DNA from: an uncultured Methanosarcinales archaeon
GTDB taxonomy: Archaea > Nanobdellota > Nanobdellia > Woesearchaeales > DATDXC01
Reading direction: 5' to 3'
DNA: 64,000 nucleotides
NCBI GenBank assembly: GCA_964510025.1
Contig: CAZDZV010000004.1
Coordinates: 611 to 64,610, forward strand
Position numbers and translations under genes: made by a program. The notes beneath the pieces were generated by a model, which was not told the DNA's origin, did not search any database, and was given only the letters and a program-made list of their open reading frames with translations. This document shows, one piece after another, positions 18,237 through 28,285 of this stretch (the stretch's first letter is position 1; each line of letters begins with the position of its first letter).

Positions 18237-18908
18237 TCAGCTGAAATACCCGCATGTGACATTGACATAGTACGGATTCCTGGCAACATGGTCTATGATC
18301 TGAGTTGCCTCTCTTACGGTCTTCGTCACGCCAGCCCATACATCTCCAAAATGATCATGATGCCTGGCTTTCGGCGCCCTGAACGGAAACTCACCATCGA
18401 TGAAGCCGCCTGCCATTCTGTTGTAGGCCTCCCTTAGTCTTCCATTTTGCCTGAGATAACCGGCAACAGGGTTTTCCATAAGCCATCTTTTCAGTCTGCT
18501 CCTGTGAACCCTGAATCCTGAAAGCATTGCATTGCTTTCCATGACAGTTCCCTCAATACAGTAAGGTGCTACTGTTTCTGTGTCAGTGCCTATATAGACA
18601 AACAGTCTTTCTGTTGCGCGCCGCAGTCCTGTCTCGCCTACATCCATACTATCAGGCATATAGGGAGTCGACACCAGGATACTATTCCATCTTTCATATT
18701 CATGGAATGCCTGTGTAAAGCTTCCTGCACTTGCAACTGCAATCCGATGCTCCTCCAGCTGGCCGTCTGTTTGCAGGACATTGAAAGAAAGCGTCAGTTC
18801 AAGGTCATCATCAGGGCTAATCATATTATACAATTGCCTTACGACATCGTCTCTGGATGCTCCTGTAACCTTCACCCTCCGGATCTCTTCTGTGATAGAC
18901 ATGTGCAT
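18237..18908 (-). CDS. Hypothetical protein (223 aa)
   Basis: Single long ORF with coding-like composition and no recognisable motifs. Transcribed divergently from the sugar cluster. Confidence 0.4.
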   Translation of the reverse strand: MHMSITEEIRRVKVTGASRDDVVRQLYNMISPDDDLELTLSFNVLQTDGQLEEHRIAVASAGSFTQAFHEYERWNSILVSTPYMPDSMDVGETGLRRATERLFVYIGTDTETVAPYCIEGTVMESNAMLSGFRVHRSRLKRWLMENPVAGYLRQNGRLREAYNRMAGGFIDGEFPFRAPKARHHDHFGDVWAGVTKTVREATQIIDHVARNPYYVNVTCGYFS

Positions 18909-19133
18909 AGGAATCTCACCCTATTTATAAAAATTGCCGTGCGGGTGATGCAGTTTTTCACCACCATTTTGGGACGGATTTCTCGACGCAAATTTCAAAA
19001 AATTTATAAATCAGTGAAAAATTGAACCGTATAATATACGATTTACGGCGATCGAGACGCTACCAAAAACTGATTCCGCAGCGAGAATTTCTTTCTTAGA
19101 TGATTTTATTGAATATAGACGGAGGGATATAAG

Positions 19134-20444
19134 ATGAGACAAGCAGTGCAGTATGCAAAGTTTAGCAACTATGGTTTGAGCCAGCCAGATAGAAGTGTAA
19201 TGGGTACACATGGACAGTTAGTAGCTGGCACAGCTTTTGCTGATATAAGGGCGCAAGCCTTGCGTTTTTCACCCGATGAGAGGGTGGAAATGCTGAACAG
19301 GCCTTACGATCCAAAGATTTCAGCAGGCCTTTGGTTCTGGTTTGGCCAGCCATCCAGATTCCATGGGAACTACAAGCATTTTCAGGATCCTGAAAAAATG
19401 GACTGGCTTGCCCAAAGGGTCGTGGAGATGTCCAAATATGGGCTTAAGGCAGTTGAAGCCCATGAGCCTTGGGAGATAAATCCTGGCAATCTAGATTGGT
19501 ACAAAAGAATAAGAGAAGAAGCTGGAGTTGTCGTATCAGTTATTGCCGGTATAGGCGGAGATTTCAGGGCGACAGATGCAAGGCACGGCACCACATCAAG
19601 CCCTATTGGAGAGGTAAGGGATAAATATGCAACCCATACTGTAGATCAGCTGGAACTGGTGAAAAGGCTCTCTGAAGAACAGGGTCACCCTATCGTTGCA
19701 GTTTGTTGGCCGGGGATTGATGGATATACATACCCGATAGGAACTGATTTTTTTGATATGTGGGACAGGTTTGAAGCTGCTTTGGCAGAGGCAATGGACC
19801 GTGTTCCAGGTGTTCGTGTGGCTATTGAACCCAAGCCATATGAGCCAGCTATGAACAACATATGGAGGCACACTCCTAATGGGATGATCATGGCAAGGAA
19901 TGTGGAAGCCAGGCTAAGGGATCCAGTCAATATCGAATTACTGGCGCAGGGCCACGCATTGGTGGGATTAAATCCAGAGATAGGTCACGTGAAGATGGGA
20001 ATGGAAGATGTGCCATATGCATATGCCTCTGTGCTTCGGGACGGCAGGTTAGCACACACGCATATCAACGCGCAGCCAGCTGCTAATTTTGACCAGGACC
20101 TTAATGCTGGCGTTACCGGCTGGGAAGACATCGTCGGCCTTTTATATGTGGCCAGGATGTACGGATACAATGGATTCTTTGGCATCGACATAAATCCAGA
20201 GAAGCAGCCGGTTGAAGCCGCTATCGCGCATAACATCAACGCAATAGTGCATGCAAACGAAATAGTGAGCAACATGGACCATGGAAGAGTTCTTCAGTCA
20301 TACCATCGGCCCGATCAGTTCCAGGGATCGATTGAAGATGCTGTCCTAAGGGCAAGAGCTCGGGGTATGGACCCAGCAAAGCTAATACCTCAGGAAGTTG
20401 TACAGGAACTAGAGCAAAGACAAGTGCCTTGGGCTAAAGAATAA
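19134..20444 (+). CDS. Sugar isomerase of the xylose-isomerase-like TIM-barrel family (xylose/L-rhamnose isomerase-like)
   Basis: 'VRVAIEPKPYEP' matches the xylose-isomerase-family 'IEPKPxEP' motif. 436 aa. SD 'ggaggga' upstream. Confidence 0.6.
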   Translation: MRQAVQYAKFSNYGLSQPDRSVMGTHGQLVAGTAFADIRAQALRFSPDERVEMLNRPYDPKISAGLWFWFGQPSRFHGNYKHFQDPEKMDWLAQRVVEMSKYGLKAVEAHEPWEINPGNLDWYKRIREEAGVVVSVIAGIGGDFRATDARHGTTSSPIGEVRDKYATHTVDQLELVKRLSEEQGHPIVAVCWPGIDGYTYPIGTDFFDMWDRFEAALAEAMDRVPGVRVAIEPKPYEPAMNNIWRHTPNGMIMARNVEARLRDPVNIELLAQGHALVGLNPEIGHVKMGMEDVPYAYASVLRDGRLAHTHINAQPAANFDQDLNAGVTGWEDIVGLLYVARMYGYNGFFGIDINPEKQPVEAAIAHNINAIVHANEIVSNMDHGRVLQSYHRPDQFQGSIEDAVLRARARGMDPAKLIPQEVVQELEQRQVPWAKE

Positions 20445-20460
20445 TTTTTTTCCTTTTTTT
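20443..20460 (+). terminator. T-rich tract after the isomerase gene
   Basis: 'tttttttcctttttttac' immediately after the stop, consistent with an archaeal oligo-T terminator. Confidence 0.2.
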
Positions 20461-20488
20461 ACAAAAGAGGTAACCTAGGGGTGAGAAT

Positions 20489-21550
20489 ATGGTAGTGATA
20501 GCAGAAGAATATGATTGGAAGAGTTTTGCACGACAGGATACTGTCCGGACTTTCCGCTTGGCCAACCAGAGACAGGGGGGCATATCTGTATTCCTGACGA
20601 ATTTTGGGCCAACTGTCGTCAGGATCCTTGGTGTTGATGATAAGGGGCAACTGGAAGACCTCCTTCTGGGATACAGCACAGTTGAGGGATATCAGGAAGA
20701 CAGCTCCTACCAGGGAAGAATTGCTGTGGGCAGGGTAGCCAACAGGATTGGCAATGCAGCTTACAATGATCCCCACTCTCGAGAAAGAGTGAGGTTGCCG
20801 GCTAACGACGGGCCGCATACGCTCCATGGCGGTCCGAAGGGATGGAGCAGCCAGACATGGGATGTGGACAGCTATGCCCAGGGAAGCACCTCTGCAGCCA
20901 TAAGGTTCTCTTATCATTGCAACCATATGGAAGACGGATTTCCAGGAGATGTCGTAGCCTGGGTGACGGTGGAACTGACAAAGGATAATGAGCTTAGGTT
21001 CAGCTACATCCTGAACAATGAACAGGATCCATTCTGCCCGACGCCTGTCAATCTCACATTCCATGGCTATTTCAACCTTAACGGAGGCAATACAACTATA
21101 CATAATCATTTTCTCAGGACCAATGCTGACAGGGTGCTTCCGGTGCAAGACCTGATCCCCACCGGTGCGATCGCAGCTGTCGGTCCGATAGAGTACGGAA
21201 GATATGATTTCAGGGATGGCAGGGAGATAGGCGATGAAAAATGGTTTAAAGGACAAGGCTATGACAACTGCCTTGTGTTCCCTGATGGAGAACAGGGCAA
21301 AGCAGAGCTGTGGTCTCCATCAACAGGAAGAAGAGTAACAATGACGACAGACCAGCCGGCTGTTCAGCTTTATACAGGGTTTTTTCTGGAAGCTCCTTTC
21401 AGGCAGTTCCAGGGTGTCTGCCTTGAGCCGCAGCAGCTTGTTGATGCTGTAAACCATCCAGAATGGTGGGACCGGTTTGGAAATCCGTTTGTTGAGCCAG
21501 GAGCAGTATACAGTCACACCACAACCTATAAGTTTGAAGTCAAGAAATAG
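20489..21550 (+). CDS. galM: Aldose 1-epimerase (galactose mutarotase)
   Basis: 'VANRIGNAAY...PHTLHGGPKGWSSQTWDV' resembles the mutarotase NR/HGG motifs. 353 aa. Confidence 0.8.
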   Translation: MVVIAEEYDWKSFARQDTVRTFRLANQRQGGISVFLTNFGPTVVRILGVDDKGQLEDLLLGYSTVEGYQEDSSYQGRIAVGRVANRIGNAAYNDPHSRERVRLPANDGPHTLHGGPKGWSSQTWDVDSYAQGSTSAAIRFSYHCNHMEDGFPGDVVAWVTVELTKDNELRFSYILNNEQDPFCPTPVNLTFHGYFNLNGGNTTIHNHFLRTNADRVLPVQDLIPTGAIAAVGPIEYGRYDFRDGREIGDEKWFKGQGYDNCLVFPDGEQGKAELWSPSTGRRVTMTTDQPAVQLYTGFFLEAPFRQFQGVCLEPQQLVDAVNHPEWWDRFGNPFVEPGAVYSHTTTYKFEVKK

Positions 21551-21557
21551 ATGTAAT

Positions 21558-22721
21558 ATGAACACAGGAGATATTGCTCGACTATTAACTGAAGGAGAGG
21601 ATCTTTTTAGGAGACGCAAGCATCCTGTACAGCTTAGACCACCCAAAAGAGGACCGCATATCATAATAAGCCCTGAGCTGTCAGCCAAGGTCATGGCCAT
21701 GTCTCCTGCAGAGGAATCAGAGAGTCCTTTTTTCGTTAGCCCCGATGCGATCAGGAAGCCGGATCTGGCAAGGCCATATCATCCTGAAGGAGGCCACAGG
21801 TGGTGGCCGCTTCCAGAAGGCCAGAAAGGCTGGTCACTATACTTTCCACAGGGCACAACCGATTTTACCATGGAAAACTGGAGAGTCCCCCACAGCTTTG
21901 ATAAGGCAGCATTTCAGATTACAGAACAAGACATTGGTAGCGCAAAGCTTAGGGCTTTTATCAGTATGATTAACTCGATGGGAACCAATTTTGATACTAT
22001 AGTCGACCTGGATTACAGGATGCTCGCCTGTCCTGATGGTTGTGCTACATCCGCCATGCTTGCTGAAGATGTTAAGCATGTAGGCTACTCCCAAAAAATA
22101 AAATTCACCAATGATGGAAGACAACCCTGGAATTCAGAATATGGGATGATCGCCCCTTGGAGCATGGCCATGCTGCGTTCTGGCGAGCAAGCATGGATAG
22201 TCATGCCTACCCGGCGTGGAAGAGGTGATGAGATTGTGGATTATGGTATGGGCACTTCTGGAAATGGGGAAGTTCCGTCCTCCAGGTTTTTACTAAGGGA
22301 CGATTATGCGCTTATGAAAGCTGACGGAAGATACAGGGGAAAGAAAGGCCTTAGGCCGCATATATCAACTGGCTCTATTGCTGCAATTGATCTGGAAAGA
22401 GGCTGGCTTACAGTGATGCATGTTCCTGTAAGCAGGGCCGGAAGGTATCTGGACAATAGATGGGAGCCTGAAACCCGCTACCAGGGAACAGCCATAGACT
22501 GCTACAATGACAGTGGAGACATCGCAGCCGGAGGAAAGGAAAGCATGTTTGAGATCGAGGGGGTATGCCCTGTAAGGACTATCTCCCCCGGAAATAGCTT
22601 GTCCTTTACAGTCAAGCTTCATCATTTTCAGCTTACAGATGCAAGCAATATTGGGGTTTTGTACGAGGTCCTTAGGAATCTTGCAGGCGTCAACCTAAAC
22701 AGGGAACAATACAGGGCATAG
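21558..22721 (+). CDS. Hypothetical protein (387 aa) within sugar cluster
   Basis: Start set at the ATG right after the galM stop; the longer ORF-track start overlaps galM. No motif recognised. Confidence 0.45.
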   Translation: MNTGDIARLLTEGEDLFRRRKHPVQLRPPKRGPHIIISPELSAKVMAMSPAEESESPFFVSPDAIRKPDLARPYHPEGGHRWWPLPEGQKGWSLYFPQGTTDFTMENWRVPHSFDKAAFQITEQDIGSAKLRAFISMINSMGTNFDTIVDLDYRMLACPDGCATSAMLAEDVKHVGYSQKIKFTNDGRQPWNSEYGMIAPWSMAMLRSGEQAWIVMPTRRGRGDEIVDYGMGTSGNGEVPSSRFLLRDDYALMKADGRYRGKKGLRPHISTGSIAAIDLERGWLTVMHVPVSRAGRYLDNRWEPETRYQGTAIDCYNDSGDIAAGGKESMFEIEGVCPVRTISPGNSLSFTVKLHHFQLTDASNIGVLYEVLRNLAGVNLNREQYRA

Positions 22722-22722
22722 A

Positions 22723-23823
22723 ATGAAAAGAGCACCAGGAAGGATAGAGTTCATAGGGAACCATACTGACTACAATGGTGGCTGGGTGATAGCTGCAGCC
22801 ATAGACGCATACATCACAGCAAAAGCAGCGGCAAGAGATGATAACAGGATCTCCCTTGCCTCCAGGGCTCTGGATTCAGTGGTAGAGGTGCCGTCAGATA
22901 TCCTTGATGCAGCGCCAAAAGATATCCAGGCGAGGCTGGATGGGGATCTGAGATGGACCCGCTACCCCATCGGTGTTGCCTATTTTATGAGGCAGGCAGG
23001 AGCAGATATCCGTGGATTTGACATCGTCTTTGACAATACCCTGCCCCCCAATTCAGGCCTTTCGTCCTCAGCAGCGCTGGAGGTCTCAACATTGATGGAG
23101 CTGAAAACACTGTTTCCTTTTGACATGACACTGGAGCAGGCGGCGTTGCTCTGCCAAAGGGCAGAAAACGACATAGCTGACGTCCCCTGCGGCAACATGG
23201 ACCAGTTCGCCAGCCTTAATGGCGGATTGACCTATCTCGACTGCAGAACATTGGCCTATGAATCACTCCAGCTTCCGTCTGAATGGATGCTTGCCGTGCT
23301 GAACACAGGAGTCATGCACAACAACGAGGCCAAGGAAGGCTATCCTGCCAGAAGAAAGGAATGCTTCGAAGCTGCAGCCGCGCTTGGAGCAAAAGCCCTG
23401 AGAGATGCTGATATGGGATTGCTGGCATTTCATAAGGAGGATATGGGTGAGGCTAATTACAGGAGGGCCCGTCATGTGATCGGTGAGAACAGCCGGGTGC
23501 ATGAGGCAAGAGCAGTGCTCAGGTGGCATGGTCCCCTGGAAGAAAGATACAGAAGGCTTTATCATCTTATGAGGGCCTCTCATGAAAGCTCAAGGGATGA
23601 TTTCCAGAACAGCTGTAGAGAACTGGATGTCATGGCAGACATATGCTGGAGCAGAGGATTGGCAGCCAGGTTGTCTGGTGGGGGGTTTGGAGGGGCAGTT
23701 GCAGTAGTGCTGCCTGCTGCAAGGCAGCAGGAACTGTCAAGGATAGTCAAGGACTTCAATGCAGCTACAGGGGGCAATGCAACATCAGCAGTCTACAGGG
23801 TAGCGCAGGGAGCGTACAGGTGA
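22723..23823 (+). CDS. galK: Galactokinase-family GHMP sugar kinase
   Basis: 'GRIEFIGNHTDYNGG' matches the galactokinase signature (GR-x-N-LIGEH-x-DY). 'PPNSGLSSSAALEVS' matches the GHMP ATP motif. Confidence 0.85.
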   Translation: MKRAPGRIEFIGNHTDYNGGWVIAAAIDAYITAKAAARDDNRISLASRALDSVVEVPSDILDAAPKDIQARLDGDLRWTRYPIGVAYFMRQAGADIRGFDIVFDNTLPPNSGLSSSAALEVSTLMELKTLFPFDMTLEQAALLCQRAENDIADVPCGNMDQFASLNGGLTYLDCRTLAYESLQLPSEWMLAVLNTGVMHNNEAKEGYPARRKECFEAAAALGAKALRDADMGLLAFHKEDMGEANYRRARHVIGENSRVHEARAVLRWHGPLEERYRRLYHLMRASHESSRDDFQNSCRELDVMADICWSRGLAARLSGGGFGGAVAVVLPAARQQELSRIVKDFNAATGGNATSAVYRVAQGAYR

Positions 23824-23827
23824 TAAT

Positions 23828-25324
23828 ATGGTAGCAAATATACTGGCGATCGATCCAGGAGCGACGAATACAAAAGGCGTACTAAGGCGATACTCAAGAA
23901 CAGGAGATATAAGGCCGGATGTCGTCAGTAGCTATTCAGCTCCTTCAGCAACGGCCATCCAGGATGGCATTAGATGCGAAACAGCACCAGAAGCTATGTT
24001 TAAGATCCTAGCCGAGCTGCCTGAAAAAGAGAGGCAGAGGCTGAGGGCTATTGTCATCGCATCTCATGGAGCTACAGAAATCCCGATAGACAATTCAGGA
24101 AATCCTGTCTTTGGAGTTGTCTCGTATGATAATGGATGCTTCGATGAACATCAAGGAGAATTTTTTCAACGTTTCGGCAGCCCGGAAGACCAATACCTTA
24201 TGACCGGCACAGCCAGCTTCCCGAAAGGGATCAATGCTGCCCAGCAGTTGTATTTCTGGGAAAAGGAAAGGCGCGCATGGTTCGAGACAGCCGCGCATCT
24301 GCTCCCATTATCATCATACATGGCTTTCCTCCTGACAGGGAACAGGTTTACCTCTCATACGCATACACGGAACCATGCTTATCTTGAGAATACAGATGGT
24401 AGCTGGAGCAGGCCTGTGGTTGCTATGGGCTGGCAGAGGCTCTTCCCTGGGTTCAGAAGGTCCTTTGAGCCATATGGCACAGTAAGCAGGGCGGTTGCTG
24501 CTGGCTATCAGCTGCCTGCAGATTGCATGGTGGTGGCTGCCGGCCATGACACTTCTGTTGCGTCCCTCCTTGCCCCCAACTATATCAACACAGGCACATG
24601 GATATGCAACACCTGCGTCGGAGCTGACCGTGAGCTGACAGCTGAGATGGCAGGAATTGGCCTGGTGGTCAATGCAGACGTATACGACAAAAACCTTATG
24701 ACAATCATGGCAAGGCTTGGCCAGACAAGGGACGCTTACAGGGCAATGTACGGCAACAACCTTCCGGAGGATATTGCCTTCAAGGGGCTTAATTTCCTTG
24801 AGCCTGAGATAGTCCCGCTGGCTTTTATGGAGGGTGTAGGGGTATATCCTTCTTTGCCAGCTGCTGAGATACCCCTCTCCTTGAGGGGCAGCGGTGAAAA
24901 GCTGATCCACTCGCTATCGTTCTCTATCGCGATCGCAGAGGCTCTTTCGTCCATTATGACAAGCGACCCTGATGTGCCTTTAGGCAAAACACTAGGCGAC
25001 CTTTTGACAGAAGGCTACAGCGCCAAAGATGTTGTTATCGGAGGAAACTTTGTGAGGGATCTTGATGATGGAAGGATGGGAACATTTACAGAATTTTTCA
25101 GGAGGCTATACCCTGGAAAAGTCGAAAGATTCACCTTTGCTGAGCCTACAAGCTTTGCAGCCCACATATGTGCAGTGGCTGCTCTTGAAGGTACAACACC
25201 AGCAGAGTTGTCTGGGCGCATTGTAGCTCCGACAGAAGACATAAGCTATGGTAATCATGATATAGACCTAGCCCAAAGGGTAAGGGCTTGGGAAGCAGAC
25301 CTGGAAGATGTTGTGGAGGGATAA
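23828..25324 (+). CDS. FGGY-family carbohydrate kinase (rhamnulokinase/fuculokinase-like)
   Basis: 'ILAIDPGATNTKG' N-terminus and 'VVAAGHDTSVASLLA' like the RhaB 'GSHDTASAV' motif. 498 aa. Confidence 0.7.
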   Translation: MVANILAIDPGATNTKGVLRRYSRTGDIRPDVVSSYSAPSATAIQDGIRCETAPEAMFKILAELPEKERQRLRAIVIASHGATEIPIDNSGNPVFGVVSYDNGCFDEHQGEFFQRFGSPEDQYLMTGTASFPKGINAAQQLYFWEKERRAWFETAAHLLPLSSYMAFLLTGNRFTSHTHTRNHAYLENTDGSWSRPVVAMGWQRLFPGFRRSFEPYGTVSRAVAAGYQLPADCMVVAAGHDTSVASLLAPNYINTGTWICNTCVGADRELTAEMAGIGLVVNADVYDKNLMTIMARLGQTRDAYRAMYGNNLPEDIAFKGLNFLEPEIVPLAFMEGVGVYPSLPAAEIPLSLRGSGEKLIHSLSFSIAIAEALSSIMTSDPDVPLGKTLGDLLTEGYSAKDVVIGGNFVRDLDDGRMGTFTEFFRRLYPGKVERFTFAEPTSFAAHICAVAALEGTTPAELSGRIVAPTEDISYGNHDIDLAQRVRAWEADLEDVVEG

Positions 25325-25326
25325 GA

Positions 25327-25743
25327 ATGCCAGGATTGGTTGATATGCATCCAAAGGTTGGGATAAGGCCTACTATCGACGGCAGGCTAAGGGATGAGGT
25401 TTCTGTGAAAGAAACAGAAGCATGGGCTCAGGCAGCAGCCGAGTTCATTAGACAAAATGTGACATATACTGATGGCGAGCCAGTGGGGGTTTTGGTATCA
25501 CATGTAATAGGCAATGCAGAAGAAGCTGCAAGAGCAGCCAGCCATTTCAGCAGGAATGATGTGGGTGTGGAGATAACAGCGACCGACAAATGGTGCTATG
25601 GTACTGAAACGGTCAGTATGGATCCAGTTACGCAGAAAGCGCTGCTCCCGAAAAACGGCACAGAAAGACCAGGAAGGAGCAGACTACCGCGCCTGCAGCA
25701 CACTGGGGCCGTTGTACAGGCCCATCCAGCATTAAGATGGTAG
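25327..25743 (+). CDS. L-fucose isomerase N-terminal-domain-like ORF (139 aa), possibly a truncated gene remnant
   Basis: 'VGIRPTIDGR', 'VGVEITATDKWCYGTETVSMDP' and 'KNGTERPG' match remembered N-terminal FucI motifs ('IGIRPVIDGR', 'CWCYGSETIDMDP', 'FNGTERPG'). The ORF ends ~450 aa short of a full-length FucI. Confidence 0.45.
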   Translation: MPGLVDMHPKVGIRPTIDGRLRDEVSVKETEAWAQAAAEFIRQNVTYTDGEPVGVLVSHVIGNAEEAARAASHFSRNDVGVEITATDKWCYGTETVSMDPVTQKALLPKNGTERPGRSRLPRLQHTGAVVQAHPALRW

Positions 25744-27137
25744 CAATAAAAAAAATAGCAAGTTCACTGCGCAAAGAGCCCGGAGCTATGGGCTTTGCTG
25801 GAGGCAGTATGTCAGGATTTTGGCAGTCTGCTGTGGCGATACAGACAACAGGCGGATACATAGGGGCATCCTATGGCACCCAAAACCCGCTCTGGTGCTC
25901 CAAACAGCTGTATGGTGCGCTGCAGGGACAGCATGGTCCGGTAAAAGGCGAAAGGCTTGCAAACGAGCTCATGTATGCCCTCACAAAAGAGGTGCTGACC
26001 GCTCTTGCTGAGCAAGATATCTCAGCGCCAGAGGAAGCCATGCTTAGGGCTATTTCAGACCCTGCTATAGCCGATACGGTAAGGGCGTTTTACAGAAAGA
26101 ACGGCCTTCAGGGAGAGCTGCCCTTCACATATATTCTGAATGCTGCGGTAGCGCCTGACCTTGCTGTGTGGATGGCAACTTCTCAGGCAAGAGGCATAGA
26201 CAATTTTAATGACCTTACAGGACATAGGCTGTCGCACAGGGCCGAAAGGGTGGCTGTAATACCTCTTGTCTCATACGGCATACGTGAAGCCCAGATAGAA
26301 GATCTGATTGACCAGGGTTACAGGATATTCAAGACAAAGATGGGCGCCTATGATGATAGATATGAAAAAGGTTCAGTTGAGGATTTCATGAACATGATGA
26401 AAGTTGACAGAGAGAAGCTGCAGCTTGTGTCCAGGCTGACAGAATCCCTTGAGACCGACCTCACAGAAGATGGCCGGGTGCCGCTGTACCTTGACTTCAA
26501 CGGCCGGATCCCCAGCGACGATAGAGGGGTCAATCTCCTGCAAGCCTATATGGAGGTTGCGGCAAGCGTAAATGCCCTTGACAGGATAATAGTGGTCGAG
26601 GAGCCTTTTGAGGATATGAAATCAATGGGCAGCCAGTTTGATGTATTCAGGGATTTCATGGACAGATATGGTGTTACTATAGTAGCAGATGAATGCGCGC
26701 ATTCAGCTGAAGATGTGAGGGAACTGCTGGCTTTAGGGTGCAGGGGCTTTGCGCTTAAGCCAGCTGCAAAGACGCTGACTGAAACACTGAGGATGATAGA
26801 TATCATAACCGGGCACAACGACGCCAACCCAGATGACAACGCCTATTGCTTCTGCGCAGACCTCACAGTTGTCCCATCACTGGTGGAATGGAACCTGCAT
26901 GTCCAGGCAAGGCTTCCGCCATGGCCAGGGCTTGCTGAAGGGGTTAGGATGCTTGAATCAAACTGGATGCAGCACTATCTCTACAGAAATAGGTTGCCTG
27001 AAAGGTATCCCGCATCAGAAGTTGCATCCCCTGAAGGAGGTGTTTTCCTGCCGACAGCTGAGTGGTTCAGGACAGGGGGCAGGATCTTTCATCCTGGCGG
27101 ACAAATGCTGGAAAAAATTATGGCCACCTTACACTAA
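25737..27137 (+). CDS. Enolase-superfamily (MR-subgroup-like) putative sugar-acid dehydratase
   Basis: KxK 'FKTKMG', 'YLDFNGR' (DxN), 'IIVVEEPFE', 'TIVADECAHS' and 'FALKPAAKTLTETLRMIDI' occur in the order typical of MR/MLE barrels. The true start may be a later Met (around 25788 or 25809). Confidence 0.45.
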   Translation: MVAIKKIASSLRKEPGAMGFAGGSMSGFWQSAVAIQTTGGYIGASYGTQNPLWCSKQLYGALQGQHGPVKGERLANELMYALTKEVLTALAEQDISAPEEAMLRAISDPAIADTVRAFYRKNGLQGELPFTYILNAAVAPDLAVWMATSQARGIDNFNDLTGHRLSHRAERVAVIPLVSYGIREAQIEDLIDQGYRIFKTKMGAYDDRYEKGSVEDFMNMMKVDREKLQLVSRLTESLETDLTEDGRVPLYLDFNGRIPSDDRGVNLLQAYMEVAASVNALDRIIVVEEPFEDMKSMGSQFDVFRDFMDRYGVTIVADECAHSAEDVRELLALGCRGFALKPAAKTLTETLRMIDIITGHNDANPDDNAYCFCADLTVVPSLVEWNLHVQARLPPWPGLAEGVRMLESNWMQHYLYRNRLPERYPASEVASPEGGVFLPTAEWFRTGGRIFHPGGQMLEKIMATLH

Positions 27138-27139
27138 AA

Positions 27140-28284
27140 TGCAGAAGTATAACCTATTCACACCGACCAGCCATGTTGCAGTTACAGCTGAGGCAGGCAT
27201 GCTTACTGCCAGGTTTGGCGATATCGAGCCTTTTGCTGTCGCCCCGTGGGTTGGGGAAGAACTTCCGGATTCACTGCCACCTTTGATAAGGTATCTCAGA
27301 GGGGACTTTGATACGATATGCGGTGCTGGGCCAGAAGAAGGCTACATGCCGCATGGAGAGCCTGCCAATGGCACCTGGCGGCTGATTACCCGGAAAACCG
27401 CAGGCAATGTTGCATTCATGCATCTCCACATGCACACCACAAAACCCGAAGGTGCTGTTACGAAGACTGTTGTCTTGGCAGATGAGCCTGTTGTCTACAC
27501 ACAGACAAGATATGTGATGGATGCCCGGATACCATATGGCCACCATGCCATAGTCCGCATTCCAGAAGGCCATTCTGCAGCAGATGTTTCTACATCAGAT
27601 TTTGTCTTTGGCATGACCTATCCTGAAAGGTTCGATGGCGATGGCGGCACTCCCAGACTGGCAGTCGGCCAGGAGGTGATGTTAGCTGGGCAGACAATAG
27701 AGCTGCCTTTGTCAGATGGAGCCTATGTGCCCGTAGATCAATATTATCACCGGAAAGGGCATGATGACCTGTTTATGCTAAGCCATGACCCGAACGCAGA
27801 TTTCGCATGGACTGCTATGACAAACCGTAAAGAAGGCTATGTCTTCTTCACGCTTAAGGATCCAGGGACCCTGGCATCCACGCTTTTCTGGCTTTCCCAT
27901 TACGGTAGAAACCAGTCTCCATGGGGGGTTGACGGCCAACCAAGGCACGGATTTGTTATGGGGATAGAGGATGTTACAGCCTTCTTCTGCATGGGTGTCG
28001 AAGCCTCGCTAGGAAGAAATCCAAGGCATAGGCGATTATATGAAAGGCTGCAGGAGTTAGGGGTGAAAACCTCTGCAGCATTCTCAGCATCTGTGCCAAG
28101 GCCGATAAATTACATAATGGGTGCTGTTCCGGTAGCTGATGGGTTCACGGGGGTTAAGGCTATCACAGCAGATGGAGCGTCCATCACAATCATAGACAAG
28201 GGGGATACAGAACCAACAAGGGTTCCTGTATGCACCTCATGGCTTAAAGACGGAAATCTGGATGATATAATCGGAGGTAATTAA
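27140..28284 (+). CDS. Hypothetical protein (381 aa) within sugar cluster
   Basis: Start at the first ATG after the upstream stop; the ORF-track N-terminus overlaps the preceding gene. No motif recognised. Confidence 0.45.
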
Positions 28285-28285
28285 G

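Noticed and set aside
25327-27137. A single full-length FucI gene with a frameshift
   Set aside because: The combined length (~603 codons) matches FucI, but the downstream frame shows enolase-superfamily motifs in canonical order rather than FucI C-terminal features. Kept as two ORFs and flagged for checking.
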